The translations under genes and the position numbers were made by a program. The notes under the pieces were generated by a model. The model had not been told where the DNA came from and made no database searches. It was given only the letters and a program-made list of their open reading frames with translations. Below are positions 1-8,289 of a DNA stretch of 64,000 nucleotides, piece after piece (position 1 is the first letter of the stretch; each line of letters opens with the position of its first letter). The DNA is from an uncultured Clostridia bacterium. GTDB lineage: Bacteria > Bacillota > Clostridia > Christensenellales > CAG-917. Location: positions 386,110 through 450,109 of the forward strand of contig CAKQUX010000001.1 of assembly GCA_934277645.1 (NCBI GenBank), read 5' to 3'.

Positions 1-1434
1 ATCTCCCTCCGTTTCCGTCTTGACAATAACCGAATCGCCAAGCACGTCGCAACTTATGCCCGTGATAACGCTCGACATACTTCTGTCGAAACTTTCCGCA
101 ATACGCAAAATAACCGAAAGCTTTTTGATTGCGTCAAGGTCGTCGACCGTCAACATATCTTTGTATTTGATAAGTTCTTCACGACTGAATTCCGCCTTTC
201 TGTGTCCGCCTGCGACAAACGACGCAAGCACCAAGTCTTTATGCGGAACTCCGTAAAGGTTGCTGTTCAAAATGATATAACTGCTGTGTTTTTCGTGATG
301 ATAGTATTTGATGCGCATTCCGCTATCGTGCAAAAGCGCGGCGATTTTAAGCACTCTTACGTACATTCTCGGCAACTTGTGCAAAACTTTGAGTTGTTTG
401 AAAAGTTGAATAGAAAGATTGTAAACGTGTTCTGCGTGCGTTTGGTTGATATCGAAATACGTCATAAGCGTATGCAAGCTGTGTCCAAGCACGTCGCTGA
501 GCGGTTTTTCCGCAATTCCCGGAACTGCGTAACGGAACATTGCGCCTTCTCTAAGACCGCAACCCGAAATCGTAATTTTTTGGAAATCGAGATATTTAAC
601 GACCGCATTGATTGCCGAAAGCGCGCTCGGAAAAATGTCCGCGCGTCCGCTCGACAAACCTTTAATTTTCATAGTGCTGTTAAGATCGAGCGATTTCATC
701 GTGTTATAAATTTGCTCAAACTCACCGATAGGCACTTCATAATTGTGCGTCATATTGAACGGATACTTTCTGACCATTCTGCTGATTCTTCCAAGGTTTC
801 TGAAAGAACCGCCGACGCCGACAAGTTGAGTATCCGGTTCGATTGTTTTGAGCCAAGGAATTTTTTCAAGATGCTCGGTTATGAAATCTTGAATTTTTTG
901 ATTTTTCACTTGCGGTTCTTCCGAATCGTTTTTGAACAAATCGGTGAGCGTAACCGCGCCGTAAGGAAGCGATTCGAAATTTATAAGGTTTCTGCGGTTA
1001 TAATAAATAAGATTGATACTGCCGCCACCGATTTCCATAATAAGTCCGCGCGGAATATCCATACTGTTTATAACGCCTTGATATACAAGCATCGCCTGTT
1101 CTTCAATAGACAAAACTTTGATTTTGATGCCGCAAGTAACCGCGACTTCGTCAAGGAAGCTCTTTTGATTTTTTGCTCTTCTGATTGCCGCCGTAGCGTA
1201 AGCGTAAATTTTATCGATGTGGTTTGCGTCGCAAAGTCTTCTGAACATCGTAAGCGTTTTAATGGCTTGCGCCACTCTTTGCGGCTTCAAAAAACCATCG
1301 CCGTCGAGATCCTGACCGAGCCTGACGCTTTCTTTAAGTTCGTCGAATACGACGAAATATCCCCCTTCCAAGATATTTACCAAAACCATTCTCGCCGAAT
1401 TCGAGCCGATATCGATAATTGCAATTTTTTCCAT
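1..1434 (-). CDS. ppx: Ppx/GppA-family exopolyphosphatase / pppGpp phosphohydrolase with HD-type C-terminal region (3' end runs off the left window edge)
   Basis: It is absent from the ORF track because it has no in-window stop. Reverse-complement translation from the ATG at 1434 gives MEKIAIIDIGSNSARMVLVNILEGGYFVVFDELKESVRLGQDLDGDGFLKPQRVAQAIKTL, a canonical Ppx-GppA N-terminus. The frame stays open to base 1 and contains ..HHEKHSSYIILNSNLYGVPHKDL.. near 240-300. The + ORF 202..1476 is its antisense shadow. Confidence 0.8.
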   Translation of the reverse strand, partial: MEKIAIIDIGSNSARMVLVNILEGGYFVVFDELKESVRLGQDLDGDGFLKPQRVAQAIKTLTMFRRLCDANHIDKIYAYATAAIRRAKNQKSFLDEVAVTCGIKIKVLSIEEQAMLVYQGVINSMDIPRGLIMEIGGGSINLIYYNRRNLINFESLPYGAVTLTDLFKNDSEEPQVKNQKIQDFITEHLEKIPWLKTIEPDTQLVGVGGSFRNLGRISRMVRKYPFNMTHNYEVPIGEFEQIYNTMKSLDLNSTMKIKGLSSGRADIFPSALSAINAVVKYLDFQKITISGCGLREGAMFRYAVPGIAEKPLSDVLGHSLHTLMTYFDINQTHAEHVYNLSIQLFKQLKVLHKLPRMYVRVLKIAALLHDSGMRIKYYHHEKHSSYIILNSNLYGVPHKDLVLASFVAGGHRKAEFSREELIKYKDMLTVDDLDAIKKLSVILRIAESFDRSMSSVITGISCDVLGDSVIVKTETEGD

Positions 1435-1578
1435 TTAGTTCTTCTCCAAACTGCTTTCGTTAATTATTCGATGTAATTATATCACACCGAAAACGCCGTT
1501 TCAATAGCAAATTGATTTTTTCGCCACTTTTTTTAACTGTTTTTACATCGTTTATAGTAAATATTTTTCGCAAAAATG

Positions 1579-1619
1579 CAAAAAAAAGAACTTGCCAAAT
1601 TTCACTTTTGCAAGTTCTT
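1579..1619 (-). terminator. Rho-independent terminator of the rnf operon
   Basis: On the minus strand a 10-bp stem (aagaacttgc / gcaagttctt) is followed by a T-run (plus-strand A-run 1579-1587). It lies about 90 nt downstream of the rnfB stop. Confidence 0.6.
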
Positions 1620-1705
1620 GCTTGTTTTTAACACTATTTTCCGCCTTTTTATCGTTATAAACGGTTCTTCGTTTCGGCATCGATTTTTACCGAAATCGAA
1701 TTTTG

Positions 1706-2551
1706 TCATTTTTGCTCGTCGCAGATTTTTATACACTTCGACGGGCATTTTGCGGCGCAAATTTTGCAACCGTTACACTTTTCGTAGTCTATAACAGGCA
1801 AATCGTTCACCATGGTGATAGCTCCGCTCGGACATTGCTTTGCGCAAATTCCGCAACCGATACAGCCTTTTTTGCAAAGATTTCTGACTTCTTTGCCTTT
1901 AAGACAGTTTTTGCACGCAATATAAACAACCGCTTTTTTAGGAATTCTCGCAATAAGGTGCTTCGGACAAACGCCTATGCACTTGCCGCACTTTATACAC
2001 ATATCTTCCTTTATCAATGCGTAGCCGTCCTGACCTACTTCGATTGCGTGAGTAGGACAAGCATCCGTGCAAGTACCCATTCCAAGACATCCCCAGTCGC
2101 AAAGTTTTCGTCCGCCTGCGAGCATTTCCATAGAACGGCAATCGCCGTATCCCATATAGTCGTACTTATCTACGGCGTCGTTTCCGCCGCAACAACAAAC
2201 GACCACTTTCGTTTCTTCGCCGCTACTCGACAAACCGAGAATTTCGGCAATTTCGTCCTTATTTGCTTTCGGAGTCGCATTGCAAGCGCTAAGCTCCGCT
2301 TTGCCTTCGACCAATGCCTTAGCAAATGCCGAACAGCCTGCATAACCGCAACCGCCGCAATTTGCTCCCGAAAGTTTCTTTTCTATTTTTTCGATTCGGT
2401 CGTCTTGCTTTATCGCAAGTTTTCTTCCGAGCACGGCAAGCAACACCGAAAACACCGCCGCAAGAGCAAGCAATATAAGCGCGGAATACAAAATCGTAAG
2501 TTTGTCTACCGCCGACAAGAGATTTTCAAATGAAACTAAACGCATTTCCAT
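1706..2551 (-). CDS. rnfB: Rnf electron-transport complex subunit B (Fe-S protein)
   Basis: It has an N-terminal TM helix, a CGGCGYAGC cluster motif and several ferredoxin motifs (CIKCGKCIGVCP, CIGCGICAKQCP, CNGCKICAAKCP). It is the last gene of an rnfCDGEAB array. Confidence 0.9.
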   Translation of the reverse strand: MEMRLVSFENLLSAVDKLTILYSALILLALAAVFSVLLAVLGRKLAIKQDDRIEKIEKKLSGANCGGCGYAGCSAFAKALVEGKAELSACNATPKANKDEIAEILGLSSSGEETKVVVCCCGGNDAVDKYDYMGYGDCRSMEMLAGGRKLCDWGCLGMGTCTDACPTHAIEVGQDGYALIKEDMCIKCGKCIGVCPKHLIARIPKKAVVYIACKNCLKGKEVRNLCKKGCIGCGICAKQCPSGAITMVNDLPVIDYEKCNGCKICAAKCPSKCIKICDEQK

Positions 2552-2561
2552 ACAGTCACCT

Positions 2562-3149
2562 CTAACCTACCATACCCGAGAACGCGACGAATCCCATACT
2601 CATTATGCAAGCGGTTATAAGAGTAATCGGAAAACCCCTGAACGGCTTCGGCACGTCGGCATATTCGAGTTTTTCTCTTATGCCTGCAAGCAACAAAATC
2701 GCAAGCGTAAAGCCAACGCCGCTGAAAACGCCGTTAAGGAAAAACTGCAAAAGGCTGAGTCCCGTCGCAACTCCGTATGTGTTTACGTTTAATATCGCAA
2801 CGCCTAAAACCGCGCAGTTTGTGGTGATAAGCGGCAAATATACGCCGAGTGCGGAATAAAGCGCAGGCGCGAATTTTTTAAGCACCATTTCTACAAGCTG
2901 AACGAGCGCCGCAATAACCAAAATGAAAGATATGGTTTGTAAGTATTCGACGTGCAAAGCGACAAGCAACTTTTGAACGAGCCAAGCGAATATCGACGCA
3001 ACGCCCATAACGAATATAACAGCAAGCCCCATTCCGAGAGCCGTGTCCGTCTTCTTGGAAACGCCCAAAAACGGACAGATGCCGAGAAACTGACTAAGTA
3101 TAAAGTTGTTGACAAAGATTGCCGAAATTATCAAAACTAAAAATTCCAT
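2562..3149 (-). CDS. rnfA: Rnf complex subunit A (polytopic membrane protein)
   Basis: This 195-aa hydrophobic protein begins MEFLVLIISAIFVNNFILSQFLGICPFLGVS, typical of RnfA/NqrE. Its operon position fits. Confidence 0.9.
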   Translation of the reverse strand: MEFLVLIISAIFVNNFILSQFLGICPFLGVSKKTDTALGMGLAVIFVMGVASIFAWLVQKLLVALHVEYLQTISFILVIAALVQLVEMVLKKFAPALYSALGVYLPLITTNCAVLGVAILNVNTYGVATGLSLLQFFLNGVFSGVGFTLAILLLAGIREKLEYADVPKPFRGFPITLITACIMSMGFVAFSGMVG

Positions 3150-4027
3150 TATTTCTCCTCCTTGTCACTTGCGATTTCCGCTGCGTTTCCGCCCGAAGCG
3201 ATTGCCGATTTATCGTCTTTTAAGTTTGCCGAAGTTTCATCCGTCACGGTGGCGGCTATTTTGCTACGGCTGACGGTTTCGCCCTGTCCGAAAGCGTCGG
3301 ACAATCTTTCTGCTTTCTCTATGGTTTCAATCATCTGAACTTCCTTTTGCGACTTTAACTCTTTACGCTTTTTCGTGTAATCGCCGATAGCGTTGATTGC
3401 CGCCATCATAAGACCGAACACCAAGAAGCCGCCTGCAGGAAGTATGAATATGTTCATCGATACGCTTTCCAAAGCCGCGATTTTTACGCCCATTTTAAGT
3501 CCTGCAAGTTCGCCGTAAAAAAGCGTGCCTGCTCCGAAAAACTCTCTTATGAGTCCCATAAGCATAAGCGAACCCGTAAAGCCTAAGCCCATGCCCAAGC
3601 CGTCCAAAGCCGAATCTATGACTTTGTTTGTCGAAGCAAACGCTTCCGCGCGAGCAAGAATTATGCAGTTTACGACTATAAGCGGCAAATATATACCGAG
3701 CGACTCGTACAGCGCAGGGATAAATTTTTGAAGTATCATCTGCACAAGCGTTACGAAAGTCGCAATAATCACAACGAACGCAGGAATACGCACCTTGTCG
3801 GGAATAACTTTCCTGAGCAAAGAAACAAGCATATTCGAGCATATCAAAACGAACGTGGCGGCAAGCCCCATACCTAAGCCGTTTACCGCGCTGCTCGTAA
3901 TCGCAAGCGTAGGACAAGTTCCGAGAACGAGTCTGAAAACGGGATTGTTGGTTATTATGCCGTTTGCGACTATTCCGCCCTTTTGTTTAAGGCGAGGCAA
4001 GAAATTTCCGTTTGTCTTAGTTTTCAT
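3149..4027 (-). CDS. rnfE: Rnf complex subunit E with a long charged C-terminal tail
   Basis: It carries the RnfE/NqrD core motif NNPVFRLVLGTCPTLA. The last ~75 aa are a non-membrane Lys/Glu/Ser/Ala-rich extension. Confidence 0.85.
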   Translation of the reverse strand: MKTKTNGNFLPRLKQKGGIVANGIITNNPVFRLVLGTCPTLAITSSAVNGLGMGLAATFVLICSNMLVSLLRKVIPDKVRIPAFVVIIATFVTLVQMILQKFIPALYESLGIYLPLIVVNCIILARAEAFASTNKVIDSALDGLGMGLGFTGSLMLMGLIREFFGAGTLFYGELAGLKMGVKIAALESVSMNIFILPAGGFLVFGLMMAAINAIGDYTKKRKELKSQKEVQMIETIEKAERLSDAFGQGETVSRSKIAATVTDETSANLKDDKSAIASGGNAAEIASDKEEK

Positions 4028-4650
4028 TTCGTCGCCCCCTTGTTTTCATATTGCATATAGCTGTATGCGACCGCCTTTAAAGCGCTGAGCGCGCCTTTCG
4101 TCGTTTTCGTTGCGCCCGAAACGTATGCTCCGTCCTTTTTCGCTTCGCCGCCCGACGCTGTTATCGAACTTACGTCTACGTCGGACAAAACGATGCCTTT
4201 GTACTTGCTTAAATTTGTATCGCTAAGCACTTTGCTTCCGATTCCGCTTGTTTCCGAACTGCTGTAAACCGAAACCGAATCGACAACGCCGTCCGTCACC
4301 GAAAACAAAAGTTGAACGGTTCCGGAATATGCGCCGCTTCCTGTGGCAAGATAAACAATGGTTTTTATTTTTCCTTTCGCCGCCGTTTCGTAAACGACAA
4401 AACAACTGTTTACGTAGCTTTTTTCGCCGCTCTTGTTTATAACTCTTTCGTTCGCTTTTTCTATTTGCGAACTGCCCACTCCGTAAGTTTCGCCGATTTT
4501 TTCGAGCATAGCGACGTCGGGGTCAACGTAGGTGAAAAAGTTGACGACACCGAGCAAAACGCCTGCAACGAGCGCAATCGCAGTGAGCACTATTATACAC
4601 TTCAAAATGTCCTTTGTGGATTCGCTCATAGCTTTTTTCATCTCAGCCAT
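4024..4650 (-). CDS. rnfG: Rnf complex subunit G (FMN-binding)
   Basis: It has an N-terminal TM helix and an FMN-attachment-type motif, YVSGATKTTKG, near the C-terminus. It overlaps rnfE by 4 nt. Confidence 0.85.
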   Translation of the reverse strand: MAEMKKAMSESTKDILKCIIVLTAIALVAGVLLGVVNFFTYVDPDVAMLEKIGETYGVGSSQIEKANERVINKSGEKSYVNSCFVVYETAAKGKIKTIVYLATGSGAYSGTVQLLFSVTDGVVDSVSVYSSSETSGIGSKVLSDTNLSKYKGIVLSDVDVSSITASGGEAKKDGAYVSGATKTTKGALSALKAVAYSYMQYENKGATK

Positions 4651-5791
4651 TTACGCCTCCTTCGGAAGAAGTTTCGTCGTCAGAGCCTGCCGCTTTTTCG
4701 GCTTTTGCCTTTTTCTTTTCTTCCCTTTTAAGTTTTATCTCGTCGATTACATCCTTTATCGTCTTTGCAGGAGTGCCGAAAGGTCTGACTTTGATTTTGT
4801 CAAGAAGCGGCGTTACGATATTCATCAAAAGAATGGCATACGAAACGCCCTCGCTCATGGACGAGAAGCGTCTGATAAGAACCGTCAAAAATCCTAAGCC
4901 GACGGAATATATGACGACCGCCACCGTCGTGTTCGGACTCGTCGCATAATCGGTTGCCATAAAGAATGCGCCGAAAAGCAAACCGCCGCCCAAAAGATAT
5001 GACCAGATATATTCGCCGACGTATCCGCTGTTTGCATAAAATATTGCGGTGAAAAGAATCGTCGTACCTATGTATATGACAGGAATCTTCCAATCGATAA
5101 CTCGACGAACGAGAAGATAAACGCCGCCGATTAAAATGGCGAGCGACGAAACTTCGCCTGCGCTTCCGCCGATTCTGCCAAGGAACATATCAGACGCTTT
5201 AATGCCGAGCGTCGGATTTGTGCCTGCCTCGAAAGCCGACTTTACGCCTGCCAAAGGAGTAGCACCCGTAACGGCTTCGGGAAGCGACGGGAACGTGCTT
5301 CCGAACGCTTCTTTAAAATACGAAAACAAGCCTGCTCCGCCCGTCTGACTCCAATCGACAGGTAAAACGAACGAAGTCATAACGCTCGTCCAGGCAAGCA
5401 TCAAAAATATTCTTGCGGTAACGGCAGGGTTTGCAAAGTTTCTGCCGATTCCGCCGAAAAGCATTTTTACAATGACAATTGCAAAAACACCGCCCACGAC
5501 GGGAACGTAAATAGGCACGACAGGCGGCAAATTCAAAGCGAGAATTATGCCCGTTACTATTGCCGAAAGGTCGCCTATCGACTGTTCCTTTTTGCGGATT
5601 TTGTTGAACAAAAATTCCGACAAAACGCAAGTTCCCACACTGAGCAACGTGATTAAAAGCGGATAAAAACCGTAAATCGCAACCATAGCGATGACGGCAG
5701 GCATAAGCGCAATTATCACGTCGAGCATAATGTTTTTAGTAGTCTTGGCGGAAGTTATATGGGGCGATGAAGACATTAAGTACTTACTCAT
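4643..5791 (-). CDS. rnfD: Rnf complex subunit D
   Basis: This polytopic protein has the NqrB/RnfD-like motif AVTGATPLAG. Its start overlaps the rnfC stop (ATGA). Confidence 0.9.
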   Translation of the reverse strand: MSKYLMSSSPHITSAKTTKNIMLDVIIALMPAVIAMVAIYGFYPLLITLLSVGTCVLSEFLFNKIRKKEQSIGDLSAIVTGIILALNLPPVVPIYVPVVGGVFAIVIVKMLFGGIGRNFANPAVTARIFLMLAWTSVMTSFVLPVDWSQTGGAGLFSYFKEAFGSTFPSLPEAVTGATPLAGVKSAFEAGTNPTLGIKASDMFLGRIGGSAGEVSSLAILIGGVYLLVRRVIDWKIPVIYIGTTILFTAIFYANSGYVGEYIWSYLLGGGLLFGAFFMATDYATSPNTTVAVVIYSVGLGFLTVLIRRFSSMSEGVSYAILLMNIVTPLLDKIKVRPFGTPAKTIKDVIDEIKLKREEKKKAKAEKAAGSDDETSSEGGVNG

Positions 5792-7083
5792 TTTTCTCCC
5801 CCTTCTTTGATTATTTTCTTTGCGAGTCTTACAGCCGACAAAAGCGGACGCTTTGCAGGACAGCTATAAGAACAAACTCCGCATTCGATACAACTGAGCG
5901 GATTCATTTCTTTCAATTTTTCGGTGTGAGCGTTAAGCACCATAGCTTCGATTTTGCTCGGATTAAGACTCATTGGGCAGCCTCTTACGCAACTTCCGCA
6001 GTTTATGCATTGCGTAGGCTTGCTTACGTTCACTTGTTTTTCGCTTAAAAACAAAAGCGAAGAAGTTCCCTTTGTAGTCGTAGGAAGAAGATTGCTTTCG
6101 GAAAAGCCCATCATAGGACCGCCCGATACGACCTTTCTGGTCACGTCGGGAGAAACCGAGCCTAAAACTTTTTCGTAAAGAAATTCAAAACTTATTCCGT
6201 TGCGAACGAAGTAGTTGCCCTTCTTCTCGATGCCGTCGCCCGACAAAGTCATCGCGCGCATATAGCAAGGTTCGCCGTTATCCACTGCTCGGCAAACAGA
6301 ATATGCGGTATGTACGTTTGCGACCACCACGCCGACGTCCATAGGCAACGCGCCCGTCGGAACAATGCGTTTGGTGATTGAATAAATAAGTTGTTTTTCG
6401 GCTCCTTGCGGATATTTCGCTTTTAAAGCGACAATCTCTATATCACTCGGCGCGACCGTTTTTAAAAGTTCTATCGCGTCTTTTTTATTGTTTTCGATGC
6501 CTATATACGCCTTTTCGACGCCAAGAACGGTTTTTATATACTCTGCGCCCTTTAAAATCTCTTCCGACTTTTCAAGCATAAGTCGATAGTCGCAAGTGAT
6601 ATACGGCTCGCATTCCGCACCGTTTATTATAAGCGTATCCACGGGTTTCGTCGGCGAAAGTTTGACGTGAGTCGGGAAAGTAGCGCCTCCCATTCCGACT
6701 ATGCCTGCTTCTCTTATTCTTTCGAGAACATTCTCTTTTGTCGGCTCGGTTATCGGTGACAAGGAAACGGAATCGTATTTGAAGTCGTTTTCTATTTCGA
6801 CGTGCATAACTTTTGCCCCGACGGCATTAGGGAGTTTTTTAAAACCTTTTACTATGCCTGAAACGGACGAAAAAACGTTTGCCGAAACAAAACCGTTCGC
6901 TTCGCCGATTTTCGTTCCGACCTTTACGCTGTCGCCTTCTTTTACGACGGGCTTTGCAGGTGCGCCGATATGTTGAGCAAGAGAAATCGCCAAAATTTGC
7001 GGAGCGTCGAATTCCGCAAGCGGCATATCTTTTGTGTATTTGCTTTGCGGCGGATGAGTTCCGCGTCTGAAAGTTCTAAGCAT
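5788..7083 (-). CDS. rnfC: Rnf complex subunit C (start re-assigned to Met64 of the listed ORF)
   Basis: From the ATG at 7083 it reads MLRTFRRGTHPPQSKYTKD. It also has GMGGATFPTHVK and two 4Fe-4S motifs, CINCGSCVRGCP and CIECGVCSYSCP. The 63 codons upstream in the ORF track translate an intergenic tandem repeat and are not coding. Confidence 0.9.
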   Translation of the reverse strand: MLRTFRRGTHPPQSKYTKDMPLAEFDAPQILAISLAQHIGAPAKPVVKEGDSVKVGTKIGEANGFVSANVFSSVSGIVKGFKKLPNAVGAKVMHVEIENDFKYDSVSLSPITEPTKENVLERIREAGIVGMGGATFPTHVKLSPTKPVDTLIINGAECEPYITCDYRLMLEKSEEILKGAEYIKTVLGVEKAYIGIENNKKDAIELLKTVAPSDIEIVALKAKYPQGAEKQLIYSITKRIVPTGALPMDVGVVVANVHTAYSVCRAVDNGEPCYMRAMTLSGDGIEKKGNYFVRNGISFEFLYEKVLGSVSPDVTRKVVSGGPMMGFSESNLLPTTTKGTSSLLFLSEKQVNVSKPTQCINCGSCVRGCPMSLNPSKIEAMVLNAHTEKLKEMNPLSCIECGVCSYSCPAKRPLLSAVRLAKKIIKEGGEK

Positions 7084-7147
7084 AAAACACTCCGATGTTA
7101 AAATTAGCCTTAGCACGCCGTTTCGCGTACATATTGCTATATAAAAT

Positions 7148-7176
7148 ATTTTATTATATCCAAACGGCAATGTCAA
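7148..7176 (-). promoter_or_regulatory. Candidate sigma-A promoter of the rnf operon
   Basis: On the minus strand, TTGACA (7176..7171) is followed by a 17-nt spacer and TAAAAT (7153..7148). It lies ~65 nt upstream of the rnfC ATG. Confidence 0.45.
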
Positions 7177-7221
7177 AGGTATTTTCTCATTAAACGGCAA
7201 TGTCAAAGGTATTTTCTCATT
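7162..7221. repeat. Perfect 30-bp tandem duplication (2 copies)
   Basis: The unit aaacggcaatgtcaaaggtattttctcatt occurs at 7162..7191 and again at 7192..7221. Each copy carries the TTGACA -35 hexamer on the minus strand. Confidence 0.9.
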
Positions 7222-7268
7222 TGCCACGCCCAAAAAATGCTCCGACTTGCAAATTAAATCGAAAAAGG

Positions 7269-7646
7269 TCAACGTTTCTTTTTTGCCTTTAAATATTCGA
7301 TTAGCTTTCCTGCAAGCCCCACGACGGCAAGCACGATAAGGAAATATCCGAACGCCTTTTTCAGCATATCTCCGTCAAGTCCCGTAGCCAAAAAAGACGA
7401 TAATATCGCCATTCCGACGGCAGGCAAAAGCACGAACAAAACTCTTTTCACTTCGACGAGTTTGTTCTTAAAATGTAAAAACAGGCATACTACGCTCATC
7501 GGAATAAACGCAACCAGATTTATGAGTTGACTTGTCTTTTGCCCCACGTCAAGAAAAATCGTAAGCAACGGAACAAGCAACGTTCCGCCGCCCATTCCCA
7601 TTCCGCCAAGCACACCGCCTATGATTCCTGCCAATAAATAAATCAT
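7269..7646 (-). CDS. TSUP (TauE/SafE, DUF81) half-size membrane protein, C-terminal-half equivalent
   Basis: This 125-aa protein has 4 predicted TM segments and the motif GGMGMGGGTLLVPLL. Its start overlaps the upstream stop (ATGA at 7643..7646). Confidence 0.7.
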   Translation of the reverse strand: MIYLLAGIIGGVLGGMGMGGGTLLVPLLTIFLDVGQKTSQLINLVAFIPMSVVCLFLHFKNKLVEVKRVLFVLLPAVGMAILSSFLATGLDGDMLKKAFGYFLIVLAVVGLAGKLIEYLKAKKKR

Positions 7647-8041
7647 CTTATCATCTGAAAACCGGCAAACGCCATAAGGAAATAAAAACTCACGACGAGT
7701 GACGCCGTATTGAGTTTTTTAAGGAGCAAAGCTCCCAAAATTCCGCCGATTAAAACTCCTAACAGTATTTCTAAAAAGTTGTCGCCGATGCTTACGGATT
7801 TGCCGTAAATAATCGAACTTATTATCGACAGCGGCAAGATTATAAGCAAAGCGGTCGCATGCGCTTTTTTCTCTTCGAGTCCCATAATAAACGTAAGAAC
7901 GGGGACGGCAAGCATACCGCCGCCCGCCCCGAAAAAGCCGTTTGCGAATCCCACGGCAAGTCCGCCCAAAACGGCATAAAAATTCTGCAATCGCTTCTTC
8001 TTCGGCGACTCTTCGAAATATTTGCGCTCTAACATTTCCAT
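7643..8041 (-). CDS. TSUP (TauE/SafE, DUF81) half-size membrane protein, N-terminal-half equivalent
   Basis: This 132-aa protein has the motif GFFGAGGGMLAVPVL and is hydrophobic throughout. Confidence 0.7.
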   Translation of the reverse strand: MEMLERKYFEESPKKKRLQNFYAVLGGLAVGFANGFFGAGGGMLAVPVLTFIMGLEEKKAHATALLIILPLSIISSIIYGKSVSIGDNFLEILLGVLIGGILGALLLKKLNTASLVVSFYFLMAFAGFQMIR

Positions 8042-8083
8042 AATTTAAAGTCTTGCCAAAATTCAGAATATTATAAAAAATGT

Positions 8084-8112
8084 TTGCCAAAAATTCCTAT
8101 ATATTATATAAT
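8084..8112 (+). promoter_or_regulatory. Candidate sigma-A promoter of the 1,500-aa surface protein gene
   Basis: TTGCCA (8084..8089) is followed by a 17-nt spacer and TATAAT (8107..8112). It lies ~100 nt upstream of the ATG at 8212. Confidence 0.5.
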
Positions 8113-8211
8113 TTTAAAGTCTATATAATATATAACATATTGCGCTATGAAGCTTAACTGTTTTACTGTTTTGCCGACGGCGACAGACAAATAACTTGAA
8201 AAGGTAAGGCA

Positions 8212-8289
8212 ATGAAGAAAAAGAACTTAATTATCAAATTAGCTTTATTCGTGCTTTTGCTCTCTCTTTCCTTTATGCTCGTTGCTTGC
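8212..8289 (+). other. Signal peptide with lipobox (LVAC, Cys26)
   Basis: It has a positively charged n-region (KKK), a hydrophobic core and L-V-A-C followed by G. Confidence 0.75.

Noticed and set aside
202-1476. A 424-aa + strand ORF at the left edge.
   Set aside because: It lies in the codon-aligned antisense frame of the Ppx/GppA gene, which reads convincingly on the minus strand from ATG 1434. Its Arg/Phe/Cys/Val-rich composition is typical of shadow ORFs.
1703-2533. A 276-aa + ORF overlapping rnfB.
   Set aside because: It is the antisense shadow of a clearly recognisable RnfB, which has ferredoxin motifs on the minus strand.
7162-7221. A possible CRISPR or mini-array.
   Set aside because: There are only two abutting identical units with no spacers, no further copies and no cas genes in the window.
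7084-7272. A 63-codon N-terminal extension of the rnfC ORF, which includes NEKIPLTLPF twice.
   Set aside because: The duplicated peptide is just the translation of the 30-bp intergenic tandem repeat that carries the promoter. The RnfC-like sequence begins at MLRTFRRGTHPP (ATG 7083).
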